Both the position numbers and the translations under genes were made by a program. DNA of 64,000 nt from Sedimentisphaerales bacterium (lineage in GTDB: Bacteria > Planctomycetota > Phycisphaerae > Sedimentisphaerales > Anaerobacaceae), in NCBI GenBank assembly GCA_963708075.1, contig OY970194.1:2752001-2816000 (forward strand), read 5' to 3'. This document shows, piece after piece, positions 39,911 to 50,676 of this stretch (positions within the stretch are counted from its first letter, which is position 1; each line of letters begins with the position of its first letter). The notes beneath the pieces were generated by a model, which ran no database searches, was not told the origin of the DNA, and saw only the letters and a program-made list of their open reading frames with translations.

Positions 39911-40807
39911 ATGTCTGAGAACTGGGCCGAAGCGATAGCAGAGCGGATTGCGGGGACAAGTCCTCCTCCAAAGGGCAGATTCCTGCTGCTTGGCGCCGCG
40001 GATACGGGCAAAACGACCCTGTTGATCGCATTGGCGAACCGATTGGCACAGAGCCGGCCTGTAGCTCTCGTCGATGCCGATGTCGGCCAGTCGCACATCG
40101 GCCCGCCCACCACCGTCGGCTGGACCGTTGTCGATAGAAGATGTAGCCCAGCCGCCCTCGGCTGGGAGACGATCACCCCCGGGGGCGGGGGTGCTACAGG
40201 CGGCATCGCTTTCGTCGGGGATATCACGCCGGTCGGGCACCTGCTGCAATTGACCGCTGCGATGATGTTGTGCGTCGAGCAGGCGGCCCAGGCCGCCGAT
40301 GTCGTGCTCATCGACACTCCCGGTCTTGTAACCGGCGGGGCTGCATGCACGCTCTGGTGGACGGTGCAGCGGCTGCTGCGGCCGCAATGGATTCTCGCAG
40401 TCCAGCGGGAAAACGAGCTCGGCGAGGTCCTGAAGGGTTTGCAGCCAGGCGTATCCGCCATCGAGCTGATCGCAGCACCCCCGCAGCTTCGTCGAAAGTC
40501 ACCGGAGGCCCGGCAGGAACATCGCCGCAGGCTCTTCGAGGACTACTTCCAGAACGCCGCCGCTCACACGCTCGACTTCGAGGCCCTGGCGGTGCGCACG
40601 ACGCGTGGGATGACACCCGAGAACACGATCGGCCGGCTCGTCGGTCTGGCGGATATCACGGGGCAGGACATCGCGATCGGCGTCATCGAGCACTGGCGGC
40701 GGGAGAAGGCGAAAGGTACGATACGGGCCCCGAGGCTGGATGTGCAGCGAGTGCGCTGCCTGACCATTGGCGACGTGAGAATCGCTGCCCCGTTTGGATG
40801 GAGTTGA
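39911..40807 (+). CDS. Clp1/Nol9(Grc3)-family polynucleotide 5'-kinase
   Basis: GAADTGKTT, DADVGQSHIGPPTT, IDTPG, RKSPEARQEHR. Confidence 0.88.
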   Translation: MSENWAEAIAERIAGTSPPPKGRFLLLGAADTGKTTLLIALANRLAQSRPVALVDADVGQSHIGPPTTVGWTVVDRRCSPAALGWETITPGGGGATGGIAFVGDITPVGHLLQLTAAMMLCVEQAAQAADVVLIDTPGLVTGGAACTLWWTVQRLLRPQWILAVQRENELGEVLKGLQPGVSAIELIAAPPQLRRKSPEARQEHRRRLFEDYFQNAAAHTLDFEALAVRTTRGMTPENTIGRLVGLADITGQDIAIGVIEHWRREKAKGTIRAPRLDVQRVRCLTIGDVRIAAPFGWS

Positions 40808-40811
40808 CCTG

Positions 40812-42599
40812 ATGGAGACAACCCTGAAGCATCGCAACTTGATTGAGCTGTTCAACCAGTCATTGGCCGCAGTCACCCCCCTCGACAAGATGTGTATCGA
40901 GATCATCCGGCCGGATCGTCACGAGACCATGACGTTCCGGCAGTTGAAGGAGCGGGCGGAGGCCTTCGCGACGTGGCTGTTGCATGAATCCGGTCTGCGT
41001 CACGGGGACAAGATCGCCCTCGTCAGTAAGAACCGCACGGATTGGGATGTCGCCCTGTGGGGCACGATTCTCGCCGGGATGATCCCCGTCCTGATCGATC
41101 CGGAGCGCGGGCCGCAAGGGGTGATCTCCCATCTCCTGAGCACAGACGCCCGCGGCCTGGTCATGGCGAACGACTACGAACATGAGGACGCCCGGTACGA
41201 GTTGGGCCAGTTCGCCGAGGCCCACAATCTCCGCATGGTGACGATGACGGATGGTCCCCTCTGCACAGTCAGTGTCCCGGACGCCATCGGCCTGGCGGGC
41301 ATCGAACGCCAGGTCAATCCGGAGGACACCGCCGTGATCCTGTGCACCTCCGGCACGACGGGTGACCCCCGCGAGGTGGAACTGACCCATGCGAATTTCG
41401 TCGCGAACATTCAGGGATCGGTGGCCAAGGTCGATATTACGCCGAGCGATGTCCTCGGCCACATCCTGCCGCCGCACCATTCCTTCGGTTTGACCGTGGG
41501 CAAGTTCCTCGCCCTGGCCGCCGGCGCTACGAACATCTACACGAACAAGTACCGAGAAGTGTCGGACCTGATCCGGGACAGACATATCACCATCTTCATC
41601 GCCATCCCGGCCCTGTACACCACCCTGGCCAAGAAGATCGAGGAGGGTCTGACCCGGCAGAAGAGGGAGAAGTGGACCATTGCCCTGCTCGACCGCTTCG
41701 CGCCGCGGTACCTCGGCCGCAAAGTCCGCGAGAAACAGGGCTGGACGCAAGTGCGATTCTTCCTTTCCGGGGCCGCGCCGATGCCCCGCTGGGTCCTGGA
41801 AGTCCTGTGGAAGCGGGGTTTCAAGATGTACGAAGGCTATGGCACGACGGAGAACTCGCCGGTGTATGGGTTCAACGACCGGCTGGAGACACTCGGCTCC
41901 GTAGGCAAGCCTATCGATACACTCGTGACCAAGATCGTGGATGACGACAACCGGACGTTGCCGCCGCGACAACGAGGCGAAATCTGCCTCGGCGGGCCGT
42001 GTATCATGAAAGGCTACTACAAGAACCCGAAGGCGAGCGAGGCCGCCCTCGACACCGACGAACAAGGCGTCCGCTGGCTCCATACCGGCGACCTCGGCTA
42101 CCTCGACGAGGAGGGCAACCTCTACATCACCGGCCGCAAGAAATACCTGATCATTCTGCCCGGCGGCAAGAACGTGAATCCCGAGCGCGTGGAGGCGGCC
42201 CTGTCGGAGGCCCGCTTCGTCAAGGAGGTGCTCGTCGTCCCGACGCGACGGCTGGACAGCAATGGGATCATGGAGGAATCCGTCCGAGCCCTCGTACTGC
42301 CGTCGTGGGAGCTTCTGGAAAGCCACACCGGCCGCAAACAGCGGGAGCTGCTCGCCGACCCGCAATTCGTCAAAAACCTCCTCTGGGAAAGCATCCGGGA
42401 CTGCCAGCAGAAGAACAAGCAGCTCTCCGGCTTCGAGAAGATCGCCGCTCACCACCTGGAGATCCACCCCGGCGAATTCGTCAAGACCTCCACCGGCAAG
42501 GTCAAACGCGAGCACTATATCAACCTCGAACACCTGGAGGCCAAGCACACCCCCATGGCCGAGTACACCGCCTCGCGAATAGCAAAGACCGGGACGTGA
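40812..42599 (+). CDS. Long-chain fatty acid-CoA ligase (AMP-binding)
   Basis: TSGTTGDPR, YEGYGTTE, WLHTGDLG, GRKK..IILPGGKNVNPE, TSTGKVKR. Confidence 0.9.
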   Translation: METTLKHRNLIELFNQSLAAVTPLDKMCIEIIRPDRHETMTFRQLKERAEAFATWLLHESGLRHGDKIALVSKNRTDWDVALWGTILAGMIPVLIDPERGPQGVISHLLSTDARGLVMANDYEHEDARYELGQFAEAHNLRMVTMTDGPLCTVSVPDAIGLAGIERQVNPEDTAVILCTSGTTGDPREVELTHANFVANIQGSVAKVDITPSDVLGHILPPHHSFGLTVGKFLALAAGATNIYTNKYREVSDLIRDRHITIFIAIPALYTTLAKKIEEGLTRQKREKWTIALLDRFAPRYLGRKVREKQGWTQVRFFLSGAAPMPRWVLEVLWKRGFKMYEGYGTTENSPVYGFNDRLETLGSVGKPIDTLVTKIVDDDNRTLPPRQRGEICLGGPCIMKGYYKNPKASEAALDTDEQGVRWLHTGDLGYLDEEGNLYITGRKKYLIILPGGKNVNPERVEAALSEARFVKEVLVVPTRRLDSNGIMEESVRALVLPSWELLESHTGRKQRELLADPQFVKNLLWESIRDCQQKNKQLSGFEKIAAHHLEIHPGEFVKTSTGKVKREHYINLEHLEAKHTPMAEYTASRIAKTGT

Positions 42600-42606
42600 C
42601 CGAAGC

Positions 42607-42698
42607 CATTTACTATTTACAATTTATGATTTGCGATTTACCATTTGGTCCATGACTGGTGCATCCAATCGTAAATCGTAAATGGTAAATCATAAATC
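42607..42698. repeat. Heptamer inverted-repeat element C (GATTTAY family)
   Basis: Arms at about 42607-42646 and 42667-42698. Confidence 0.88.
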
Positions 42699-42716
42699 CG
42701 AAGGGAGGACCGTCAA

Positions 42717-43973
42717 ATGTCGCATACGCGCAAACCTACCGATGCATCCCGAAGCAGCAAGTCCCTGAGTCGCCGTGGCTTCATGGCCGGCGCGGGCGCC
42801 GCCGCGATGTCGTTCGCCGTGATCCGGCCGGGACTCGTTCGCGGGACCGCCGCCAACTCCAAAATCAATCTCGGCCTGGTCGGCTGCGGCGGACGCGGCA
42901 CCTGGATCGCCAAACTCTTCCGGGACAACGGCGGATACAACGTCACCGCCGTCGCTGATTACTTCCAGGATCGCGCCGACAACGCCGGCAACGAGCTCGG
43001 TGTCCCGCAGGCCAACCGCTTCACCGGCCTCAACGGGTATCTGAAGGTGCTGGAAAAGGTAGATGCCGTGGCGCTGGAAACCGCCCCGTACTTCCGCCCC
43101 GAGCAGGCGGCCGCCGCGGTCAAGGCGGGCAAGCACGTCTATGCCGCCAAGCCCGTCGCCGTCGATGTCCCCGGCTGCCAGAGCATTGAGGACAGCGGCA
43201 AGAAGTCCACGGCCAACAAGCGCGTCTTCCTGATCGACTTCCAGACGCGGGCCGATCCCTTCTACATGGAGGCCCTGCGGCGCGTGCATGACGAGAAGGC
43301 CATCGGAGAGATTGCGTTCGGCGAGGCGATCTATCATGCGCCCTGCCCGTTCGGGCGGATGTACGACACCTGGCACAGTGATCCGGAGAATGGCGAGAAT
43401 CGCCTGCGGGCCTGGGGCCTCGACAAGGTCCTCTCCGGCGACATCATCACCGAGCAGAACATCCACACGCTGGACGTGATGAACTGGATCATGGGCGTGC
43501 CGCCGCTATGGGCCGTGGGCACAGGCGGCCGCAAGATCCGGCCCGTCGGCACCTGCTACGATACCTTCAGCGCCCTGTTCCAGTATCCGAACAACGTCGG
43601 CATCACCTTCAGCTCACGCCAGATGGAAGGCCATGGCACGCAGCCCGAAGGCATCCGTAACCGCATGTTCGGAAGCGAGGGCATCCTTGAGACCGAGTAC
43701 GGCGGACAGGTGATCATCCGCGGTAAGCATTTCTACCGCGGCGGCTCCTCCCCGGCCATCTACCAGGAAGGCGCTGTGGCTAATATCAAGACCTTCTACG
43801 AGAGCGTCACCGGCGGCAAGTTCGACAACCCGACCGTCGAAACCAGCGTGCGAAGCAACCTGATCACGATCCTCGGGCGCACCGCCGCCTACGGCAACCG
43901 CATGGTCACCTGGGACGAGATGCTCAAGAGCAAGGAGAAACTGGACGCGAACCTCAAGGGCGTCAAAGCGTGA
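42717..43973 (+). CDS. Tat-exported Gfo/Idh/MocA oxidoreductase
   Basis: SRRGFM Tat motif; GLVGCGGRG; HVYAAKP; EQNIHTLD. Confidence 0.92.
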   Translation: MSHTRKPTDASRSSKSLSRRGFMAGAGAAAMSFAVIRPGLVRGTAANSKINLGLVGCGGRGTWIAKLFRDNGGYNVTAVADYFQDRADNAGNELGVPQANRFTGLNGYLKVLEKVDAVALETAPYFRPEQAAAAVKAGKHVYAAKPVAVDVPGCQSIEDSGKKSTANKRVFLIDFQTRADPFYMEALRRVHDEKAIGEIAFGEAIYHAPCPFGRMYDTWHSDPENGENRLRAWGLDKVLSGDIITEQNIHTLDVMNWIMGVPPLWAVGTGGRKIRPVGTCYDTFSALFQYPNNVGITFSSRQMEGHGTQPEGIRNRMFGSEGILETEYGGQVIIRGKHFYRGGSSPAIYQEGAVANIKTFYESVTGGKFDNPTVETSVRSNLITILGRTAAYGNRMVTWDEMLKSKEKLDANLKGVKA

Positions 43974-43996
43974 AGGAATGTGTGAAGTCTGAAGTG

Positions 43997-44108
43997 GTAG
44001 GGTGTGCATCGCACACCATCTTCTACCCCATCGGCCGAGTGTTGGTGTGCGATGCACATCTTACCGACTCCGGGTGGCATCGTCAAGCAAAGCTTGGCGA
44101 TGGTTTAC
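43997..44108. repeat. GTAG-type REP inverted pair plus GGGTGGCA-type hairpin repeat
   Basis: GTAGGGTGTGCATCGCACACC ... GGTGTGCGATGCACATCTTAC; 44072-44108 resembles 50547-50587. Confidence 0.75.
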
Positions 44109-44173
44109 TGTAGCGTGACTGCCTGAGGTTTTTGGGCACGCGCCCTGACAGACACGTATCAAGGAGAAGACAC

Positions 44174-45067
44174 ATGATTCGCAGAGAAATCAGCCGGCGG
44201 GAGCTGCTCACGCGGACCGGCGGGGCCATCGCAGGCCTGACACTCGCCGCCTCCGGCCTGTCGCGTGGGCAGGAAACTGAGCAGAAGAGAAGGCCGAGAG
44301 GATTCAGGATCGGAGTCTGCGACTGGACAATTGGCAAGCGGACCGACCCGGCGGCCTTCGCGGCAGCGAAGAAGATCGGCCTCGATGGTGTCCAGGTCGA
44401 TTTCGGCGGTGGCGAGAAGGACCCGCCCCTCTTCAGCCCGGAATTGCAGAAGCGATACCTTGAAGAGATCAAGACCCAGGATATGCGGATCGCCTCTTTG
44501 GCAATGGGCGTGCTCAACGATGTCCCGTACAAGAGCGATGCCCGCGCCGAGAAATGGGTCGATCAGGCCATCGATGTCGCCCAGGCGATGCGGCAACGGA
44601 TCATCCTGCTGGCTTTCTTCGGTAAAGGCGATATCAAGAATGATGCGCCAGGCACCGACGCCGTGGTGAGTCGCCTCAAGAATATCATATCGAAGGCGGA
44701 GAAAGCCCGCGTGACGCTCGGTATCGAGTCGTGGCTCAGTGCCGAGGAGCACATCGCGATTCTCGACCGTGTCAACTCGCCCGCCGTGCAGGTCTACTAT
44801 GACGTCGCCAACTCACACAAGATGGGTTACGACATCTACAAGGAGATTCGCACGCTCGGCAAGCGCGTCTGTCAGGTCCACGCCAAGGACTACGACGACC
44901 TCTACGGCAAAGGCTCGATCGATTTCAAACGAGTCCGCGAGGCCTTGGATGAAGCCGGTTACCGTGGCTGGCTGGTGATGGAAGGCACGAAGATGCCGCT
45001 GGGCGTCGAGGAAAGCTGCAAGTACGACGCTGAGTACCTGAGAACGATCTTCCCACGTCAGGTATGA
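44174..45067 (+). CDS. Tat-exported sugar phosphate isomerase/epimerase (xylose-isomerase-like TIM barrel)
   Basis: SRRELL; LGIESWL, YYDVAN, VHAKD, WLVMEG. Confidence 0.88.
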   Translation: MIRREISRRELLTRTGGAIAGLTLAASGLSRGQETEQKRRPRGFRIGVCDWTIGKRTDPAAFAAAKKIGLDGVQVDFGGGEKDPPLFSPELQKRYLEEIKTQDMRIASLAMGVLNDVPYKSDARAEKWVDQAIDVAQAMRQRIILLAFFGKGDIKNDAPGTDAVVSRLKNIISKAEKARVTLGIESWLSAEEHIAILDRVNSPAVQVYYDVANSHKMGYDIYKEIRTLGKRVCQVHAKDYDDLYGKGSIDFKRVREALDEAGYRGWLVMEGTKMPLGVEESCKYDAEYLRTIFPRQV

Positions 45068-45111
45068 TGCGTGTAGCGTTCGCATGTCATCCCGGGACGA
45101 AGGCGAAGCGT

Positions 45112-45184
45112 GTAGGGTGGGTTCTTAACCCACGCGTCCTTTGCGCTTCGATGGGTAACCGTGTGGGTCAAGGACCCACCCTAC
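45112..45184. repeat. GTAG-type REP inverted pair (REPIN-like)
   Basis: GTAGGGTGGGTTCTTAACCCACG ... CGTGTGGGTCAAGGACCCACCCTAC; sister copy near 32389-32411. Confidence 0.8.
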
Positions 45185-45243
45185 GAACTGCGTGCTGATT
45201 TGTGAGCCACGTAAACTGGAGATTGGAGAAAGGTAGGTTGACG

Positions 45244-46623
45244 ATGAGAAGACAGAGGAAGGTTTTCGTAGCCCTGCTAGCCCTGCTCATGACGGCTGTG
45301 GCCGTCGCGACGCCGCTCGACGATTACATTGCCAAGCCCGATCCGAGCTACACTTACAGCGTCGTCCAGACCATCGACAATCCGCTGGGCAAGGTGTACA
45401 TCATCGACATGAAGTCCCAGACGTGGCGCAGCGAGAAAGAAGTGAACCGCACGCTCTGGCAGCACTGGCTGACCATTATCGTGCCGAACGACGTCACCTC
45501 CAGCACCGCCCTGCTCTTCATCAACGGCGGCAGCAACAAGAATACCAAGCCGCCCAGCCCGGACATGATGCTCGCGCAGATCGCCGTGCAGAGCAAGACC
45601 GTCCTCGTGGATCTCAAGCAGGTGCCGAACGAGCCGCTGATTTTCGCGGACGATCCGGGCAACGAGCGCAGCGAGGACGCGATCATCGCCTACACCTTTG
45701 ACAAGTTCCTCAAGACCCAGGACCCGACCTGGCCCCTCCTGCTGCCCATGGTCAAGAGCGCCGTTCGCGCCATGGACACCGTCCAGGACCATTTGACCAA
45801 AGTGACCGGCGGCAAGGTTCAGATCAAGGACTTCGTCGTCGCCGGCGGCTCGAAACGCGGCTGGACCACCTGGCTGACCGCCGCCGCCGACAAACGTGTC
45901 CGGGCCATCGCCCCCATCGTCATCGACGTGCTCAACATGGGCCCGCAGATGCAGCACCATTTCGCCGCCTACGGCTTCTACTCCCCGGCCATCGGCGATT
46001 ATGAGCAGATGAAGGTCCTCGGCCAGCTCGACTCCCAAGTCGGCAGCCAAGTCCGCAAACTCATAGATCCCTACGAGTACCGCACTCGCTACACGATGCC
46101 CAAGTTCCTGATCAACTCGTCGGGCGACCAGTTCTTCCCGTGCGACTCGGCCCAGTTCTACTTCAAGGACCTTCCGGGCGAGAAATACCTGCTGTACTGC
46201 GCGAACACCGATCACGGCCTCAATGGCTCGGGCGCGGAGAAGGCCTTGCTGACATGGTACACCGCGGTCCTGGCCGGCAAGGAACGACCACAGTTCTCCT
46301 GGGATGTCGCCGGCGAGGGCCACATGGTCGTCACCGCCAAGACACGGCCGACGCAGGTCTTGCTGTGGACAGCGACCAACCCGAACGCGCATGACTTCCG
46401 GCTGGAGAAGATCGGCAAGGTATGGACGAGCTCGCCCCTGACTGGAAACGACAAGGGCATCTATGATGCCGCTGTGAAAGCCCCGGAGAAGGGCTGGACG
46501 GCATACTTCGTCGAGCTGCAGTTCGATTCGGGCACGCTGCTGCCCTACCGCTTCAGCACGGAAGTCCGCGTCGTTCCCGACACCCTGCCGTTCGCCGACA
46601 AGCTGAAAGCGACCGCGAAGTAA
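45244..46623 (+). CDS. PhoPQ-activated pathogenicity-related (PqaA) family alpha/beta hydrolase
   Basis: QVPNEPL.F, PMVKSAVRAMD, GGSKRGWTTW, IDPY.Y, GDQFF, NTDH. Confidence 0.88.
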   Translation: MRRQRKVFVALLALLMTAVAVATPLDDYIAKPDPSYTYSVVQTIDNPLGKVYIIDMKSQTWRSEKEVNRTLWQHWLTIIVPNDVTSSTALLFINGGSNKNTKPPSPDMMLAQIAVQSKTVLVDLKQVPNEPLIFADDPGNERSEDAIIAYTFDKFLKTQDPTWPLLLPMVKSAVRAMDTVQDHLTKVTGGKVQIKDFVVAGGSKRGWTTWLTAAADKRVRAIAPIVIDVLNMGPQMQHHFAAYGFYSPAIGDYEQMKVLGQLDSQVGSQVRKLIDPYEYRTRYTMPKFLINSSGDQFFPCDSAQFYFKDLPGEKYLLYCANTDHGLNGSGAEKALLTWYTAVLAGKERPQFSWDVAGEGHMVVTAKTRPTQVLLWTATNPNAHDFRLEKIGKVWTSSPLTGNDKGIYDAAVKAPEKGWTAYFVELQFDSGTLLPYRFSTEVRVVPDTLPFADKLKATAK

Positions 46624-46644
46624 GAGACACTGGACAGGGCGATT

Positions 46645-49465
46645 ATGGTGACAAGGTCTTGTCAACCGCGAGGCGGGCTTCAGATCGCCGCATTGAGTCT
46701 GTTGCTCGCGGGAATCATAAGCCCCGCATCAGCGATTTTCTCCCGGCAACAGATCGAAGCCGATTGGGCGGTTCAGGACAGCTTGCGCGTTGCGGAGTCC
46801 CCTGTCACACCGGAGCAGGACGCCGCAGGCGCGTGCGACGGCATCAAGGACGGCCAGTGGGGCTTTCATACACAGCACGAAGACCGCCCGTGGTGGCAGA
46901 TCGATCTGGGCAGGTCATATGATCTGGACTGTCTGCGTTTGTACAACCGGACCGAGTTCGCGCAAAGGGCCGCCCGGCTGATCGTCCTGGTCTCAGGGGA
47001 TGGCAAGGACTTTCGCCAGGTCTATCAGCATGATGGGACGGTATTCCTCGGCCACGCGAACGGAAGCCCTCTCAAGGTGCCGCTCCACGCGGTCGCCGCA
47101 CGCTTTGTCCGCCTCCAGCTTCCCGGCACGGACTACTTCCATCTCGACGAGGTTGAGGTCTACCCGGCCGGGGGCGGGACGAACATCGCCCTGGGGAAAT
47201 CCTGCACGCAAAGCTCGGTCAGTCAGTGGTCCCGCAAACACGGCCGGCCGGATTCCACAATCCCGTCTGCTGATCTGGTTGTGGAGCGAGGATTGAGATT
47301 GGCCGACCGTCTGCGAGAGATGGGCGGCGACGTCGAAGCGAAGGTTGCCTCTCTCAGGACCATTGCAGGCCGCGCGGACAAAGACCAGGAATCCTATCAG
47401 CGAGCGAGATGGCTCGTTCGCGAAATGGCCCTGGCGAATCCGCTTCTGGATTTTGACAGTATCCTTTTCGTCAAGCGGGCTCCGGGGATGCTGCCGCACA
47501 TTTCCGACCAGTACTATGGCTGGTGGTCCCGGCCCGGCGGCGGCATTTACATCCTCGACAGCTTCAAGACCGCCTCGCCTCACCTGCGCTGTCTGACCGA
47601 CGGATGGCCCGAGGGCAGCTTTCTCCGGCCCGATCTGTCCTGTGACGGCAAGCGAGTCCTCTTTGCCTATTGCCGCCACTATCCCGACGTTGCGAAGATG
47701 GAGAAAGTGGATAAGACCCGGCTGCCGGAGGGTGCATTCTACCACGTCTATGAGATGAATATCGATGGCACGGGTGTCCGGCAGCTCACGCACGGGCGAT
47801 ACGACGACTTCGACCCGCGATACCTGCCGGATGGCGATATCGTCTTTCTTTCCACGCGCAAGGGTGTATTCCCCCAGTGCACGAAGGCCAACACCGCCGC
47901 CACGCTGGAACGGACTCTGCCGGACAGCTATGTCCGTTGCGGCGGCGACAACGTGCGTCCCTGCGCCATCTTCACGCTGCACACCATGAACGCGAATGGC
48001 GGCGACATACGTCCGATCTCAGCCTTCGAGAGCTTCGAGTACACCCCTTCCGTGGCCGAGGATGGATGCATCCTTTACACGCGATGGGACTATATCGACC
48101 GCTTCAACGGGCACTTCTTCAGTCTGTGGTCAGTCAACCAGGACGGCACCAATCCGCAGCTCGTGTACGGCAACTACACCGTCAAGCCGCAGGCGGTCCT
48201 GGAGGCATGCTCCGTGCCCAATTCGACCAGGATTCTCTTCACCGCCGCTGCGCACCATTCCACCGTGGGCGGCTCGCTCGTGCTGCTGGACCGCACCCGC
48301 GGCAACGAGTACGAAGCGCCGCTGACGCGTCTGACACCCGAAGTCCCCTTCCCCGAGACGGAGGAATGGCACGACACATATTACGCCAACCCCTATCCGC
48401 TATCGGAGGACTTCTACCTGGTTGCCTGGAGCACGCGCAAGCTCCCGCCGCACGCGGGCAGCACGCCGATCACGGATGACAACAACCCGGCCAATGCCCT
48501 GGGCCTGTACCTGTGCGACCGGTTCGGCAATCTGGAGCTGCTGCATCGCGACGAGCGGATTTCCAGCATGTACCCGATCCCGATTCGCCCGCGCAAGACC
48601 GCCCACGCGCAGTACTGAGGTAGACTGGGACGGCGTCCAGGAGGGCTCTCTTGTTGTCCAGGACATTTATCAGGGCCTGACCGGCGTCACGCCGGGGACG
48701 GTCAAGCGCCTTCGCATCGTGGCGGTGCCTCCCAAGGTCCAGCCGCACATGAATCAGCCCTGCATCGGCGTCTCGGCCGAAGACCCAGGCAAGTACGTCC
48801 TCGGCACCGTGCCCGTCGCGTCGGATGGCTCGGCGTTCTTCCGCATCCCGTCCGGCATCCCCGTTTTCTTCCAGGCCCTCGATGACAAGGGTTTGGCCCT
48901 GCAGACCATGCGGTCCCTGACCTATGTTCTGCCCGGCCAGACGCTCTCCTGCATCGGCTGTCACGAGTCCCGCGATCAGGCCCCGCCCACCGGTCATGTG
49001 CCGCTGGCTATGCGAAATGGCCCATCGAGACTGACTCCCGGCCCCGAAGGCTCCTGGCCGCTTCGCTTCGACCGGCTCGTCCAGCCGGTCCTCGACAAGC
49101 AGTGCACCGGATGTCATAATCCCGATGCCGGCGACACCAAGGCCGCCCGGTTCGATCTGACCGGGAAGAACGCTTATCGCAACTTGATCACGTTCGCCGG
49201 GAAAGACCTGGAGAAACTCGCGTTCGAAAAGGACAAATCCGAAGTCGGGCACGGCCCCGCCAGGGACAGCAAACTGCTCGCCCTGCTCTCGGAGGACCCG
49301 GCGCATAGGCAAATCGTGCTCGACCGGGACAGCATGGAGCGGCTGGCCACCTGGATGGATACCTATGCCCACCAGCAGGGCCATTTCAGTCCCGAACAGG
49401 AGAACCAGCTCATCGCGATCAAAGAACACTACTTCCATTTGTTCGATATTGAGGTGAGGAATTGA
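46645..49465 (+). CDS. F5/8-C (discoidin) + beta-propeller + hydrazine-synthase-alpha-middle-like diheme protein; split by a +1 frameshift near 48595
   Basis: WWQIDLG; DFDPRYLPDG.IVF.STR; LGTVPV.SDGSA.F.IP; CIGCH and CTGCH heme motifs. Confidence 0.8.
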
Positions 49466-50490
49466 AAGCATTACTCTACACGGCACCCTACACACTGGAG
49501 TACACGGATTGGCCCGAGCCGCAGGTTGGGGATGATGACATCCTGGTCCGCGTCAAGGCATGCGGCATCTGCGGGTCCGACGTAGCGGGCCATACCGGCA
49601 AGACCGGTCGGCGTTTGCCGCCTTTGATCATGGGCCATGAGGCCGCCGGGGTCGTCGAGCGAACGGGCAGACACGTCAAGGGCTTTGCGCCCGGCGACCG
49701 CATCTGCTTCGATTCCACCGTCTACTGCAATCAGTGCCCCGCGTGCAAGAAAGGCATGTACAACCGGTGCGTGAAGCGGCAGGTGCTCGGCGTCTCGGTT
49801 CCCGAGTTCAAGCGGCACGGAGCGTTTGCCGAGTTCGTGGCTGTCCCGCACTGGATCTGCGCCAAGCTGCCCGAGGGCATGTCCTTCGTGCAGGCCTGCC
49901 TGCTGGAGCCCGCCTCCATCGGCACGCACGCCGCCAATCGCCCGGCGATTTCGAAAGGCGATACGGTCGCCGTGATCGGCGCCGGGACCATCGGCCTGTT
50001 CATCCTGCAGGCCGCAAGGCTTCGCGGGGCAAAGGCCATCGCCTGCGACATCAACGATTTCCGGCTCGACCTCGCCAGGCAGGTCGGCGCTGATGCCTGC
50101 ATCAACTCCGCGAAGATCAACTTGAAGGAAGAGATCCAAAAGCGAACCGGCGGCCGCGGCGCCGATGTCGCGTTCGAGGCCGTCGGCTTTGGCGAGACCT
50201 TCCGCCAGGCGATCTCGATCACCAGGACCGGCGGCACCGTGGTGGCCGTCGGCAACCTCCAGAAGGAGACTGAGTTCAATCTGCAGGAGCTGGTCTCGCG
50301 GGAGCTGACGTTCATCGGGTCCTACGCCAGCGCGGGCGAGTTCCGGACCTGCATCGATCTGATCGCCTCCGGCAGGATCAACGTGGGCCCGCTCATCAGC
50401 GAGGTCTTGCCGCTCAAAGACGGGCCCGCCGCCTTCAAGCGATTGCTCGAAGGTAAAGAGAATCTGCTGAAGATCGTGTTGGAACCGTAG
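49462..50490 (+). CDS. Zn-dependent polyol/sugar dehydrogenase (MDR family)
   Basis: CGICGSD, GHEAAG, CxxCxxCx7C, GAGTIG; TTG start after GAGGTGAGG. Confidence 0.92.
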   Translation: MKALLYTAPYTLEYTDWPEPQVGDDDILVRVKACGICGSDVAGHTGKTGRRLPPLIMGHEAAGVVERTGRHVKGFAPGDRICFDSTVYCNQCPACKKGMYNRCVKRQVLGVSVPEFKRHGAFAEFVAVPHWICAKLPEGMSFVQACLLEPASIGTHAANRPAISKGDTVAVIGAGTIGLFILQAARLRGAKAIACDINDFRLDLARQVGADACINSAKINLKEEIQKRTGGRGADVAFEAVGFGETFRQAISITRTGGTVVAVGNLQKETEFNLQELVSRELTFIGSYASAGEFRTCIDLIASGRINVGPLISEVLPLKDGPAAFKRLLEGKENLLKIVLEP

Positions 50491-50635
50491 CACGGGCATC
50501 TTACCCGTGTTCATGGGCACTCGCGCCCATGCCACTTGGAACTGATGGGTGGCATCGTCAAGGCCGAAGGCCTTGGCGATGGCTTACTTGAGTAACCATG
50601 AGACCATCGCCAAGCTGCGCTTGACGCTGCCACCC
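50487..50635. repeat. Cluster of REP-like hairpins
   Basis: GTAGCACGGGCATCTTACCCGTG; CATGGGC..GCCCATGCCAC; inverted GGGTGGCA pair at 50547-50587 and 50604-50635. Confidence 0.7.
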
Positions 50636-50676
50636 GATGACATTGGAGTGACCTTCGATTATCGGGAGTAATAACG

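Noticed and set aside
46645..49465. Anammox hydrazine synthase
   Set aside because: Only an alpha-middle-like region is present, with no hzsB/hzsC or hao genes; such domains are common in heterotrophic planctomycetes.
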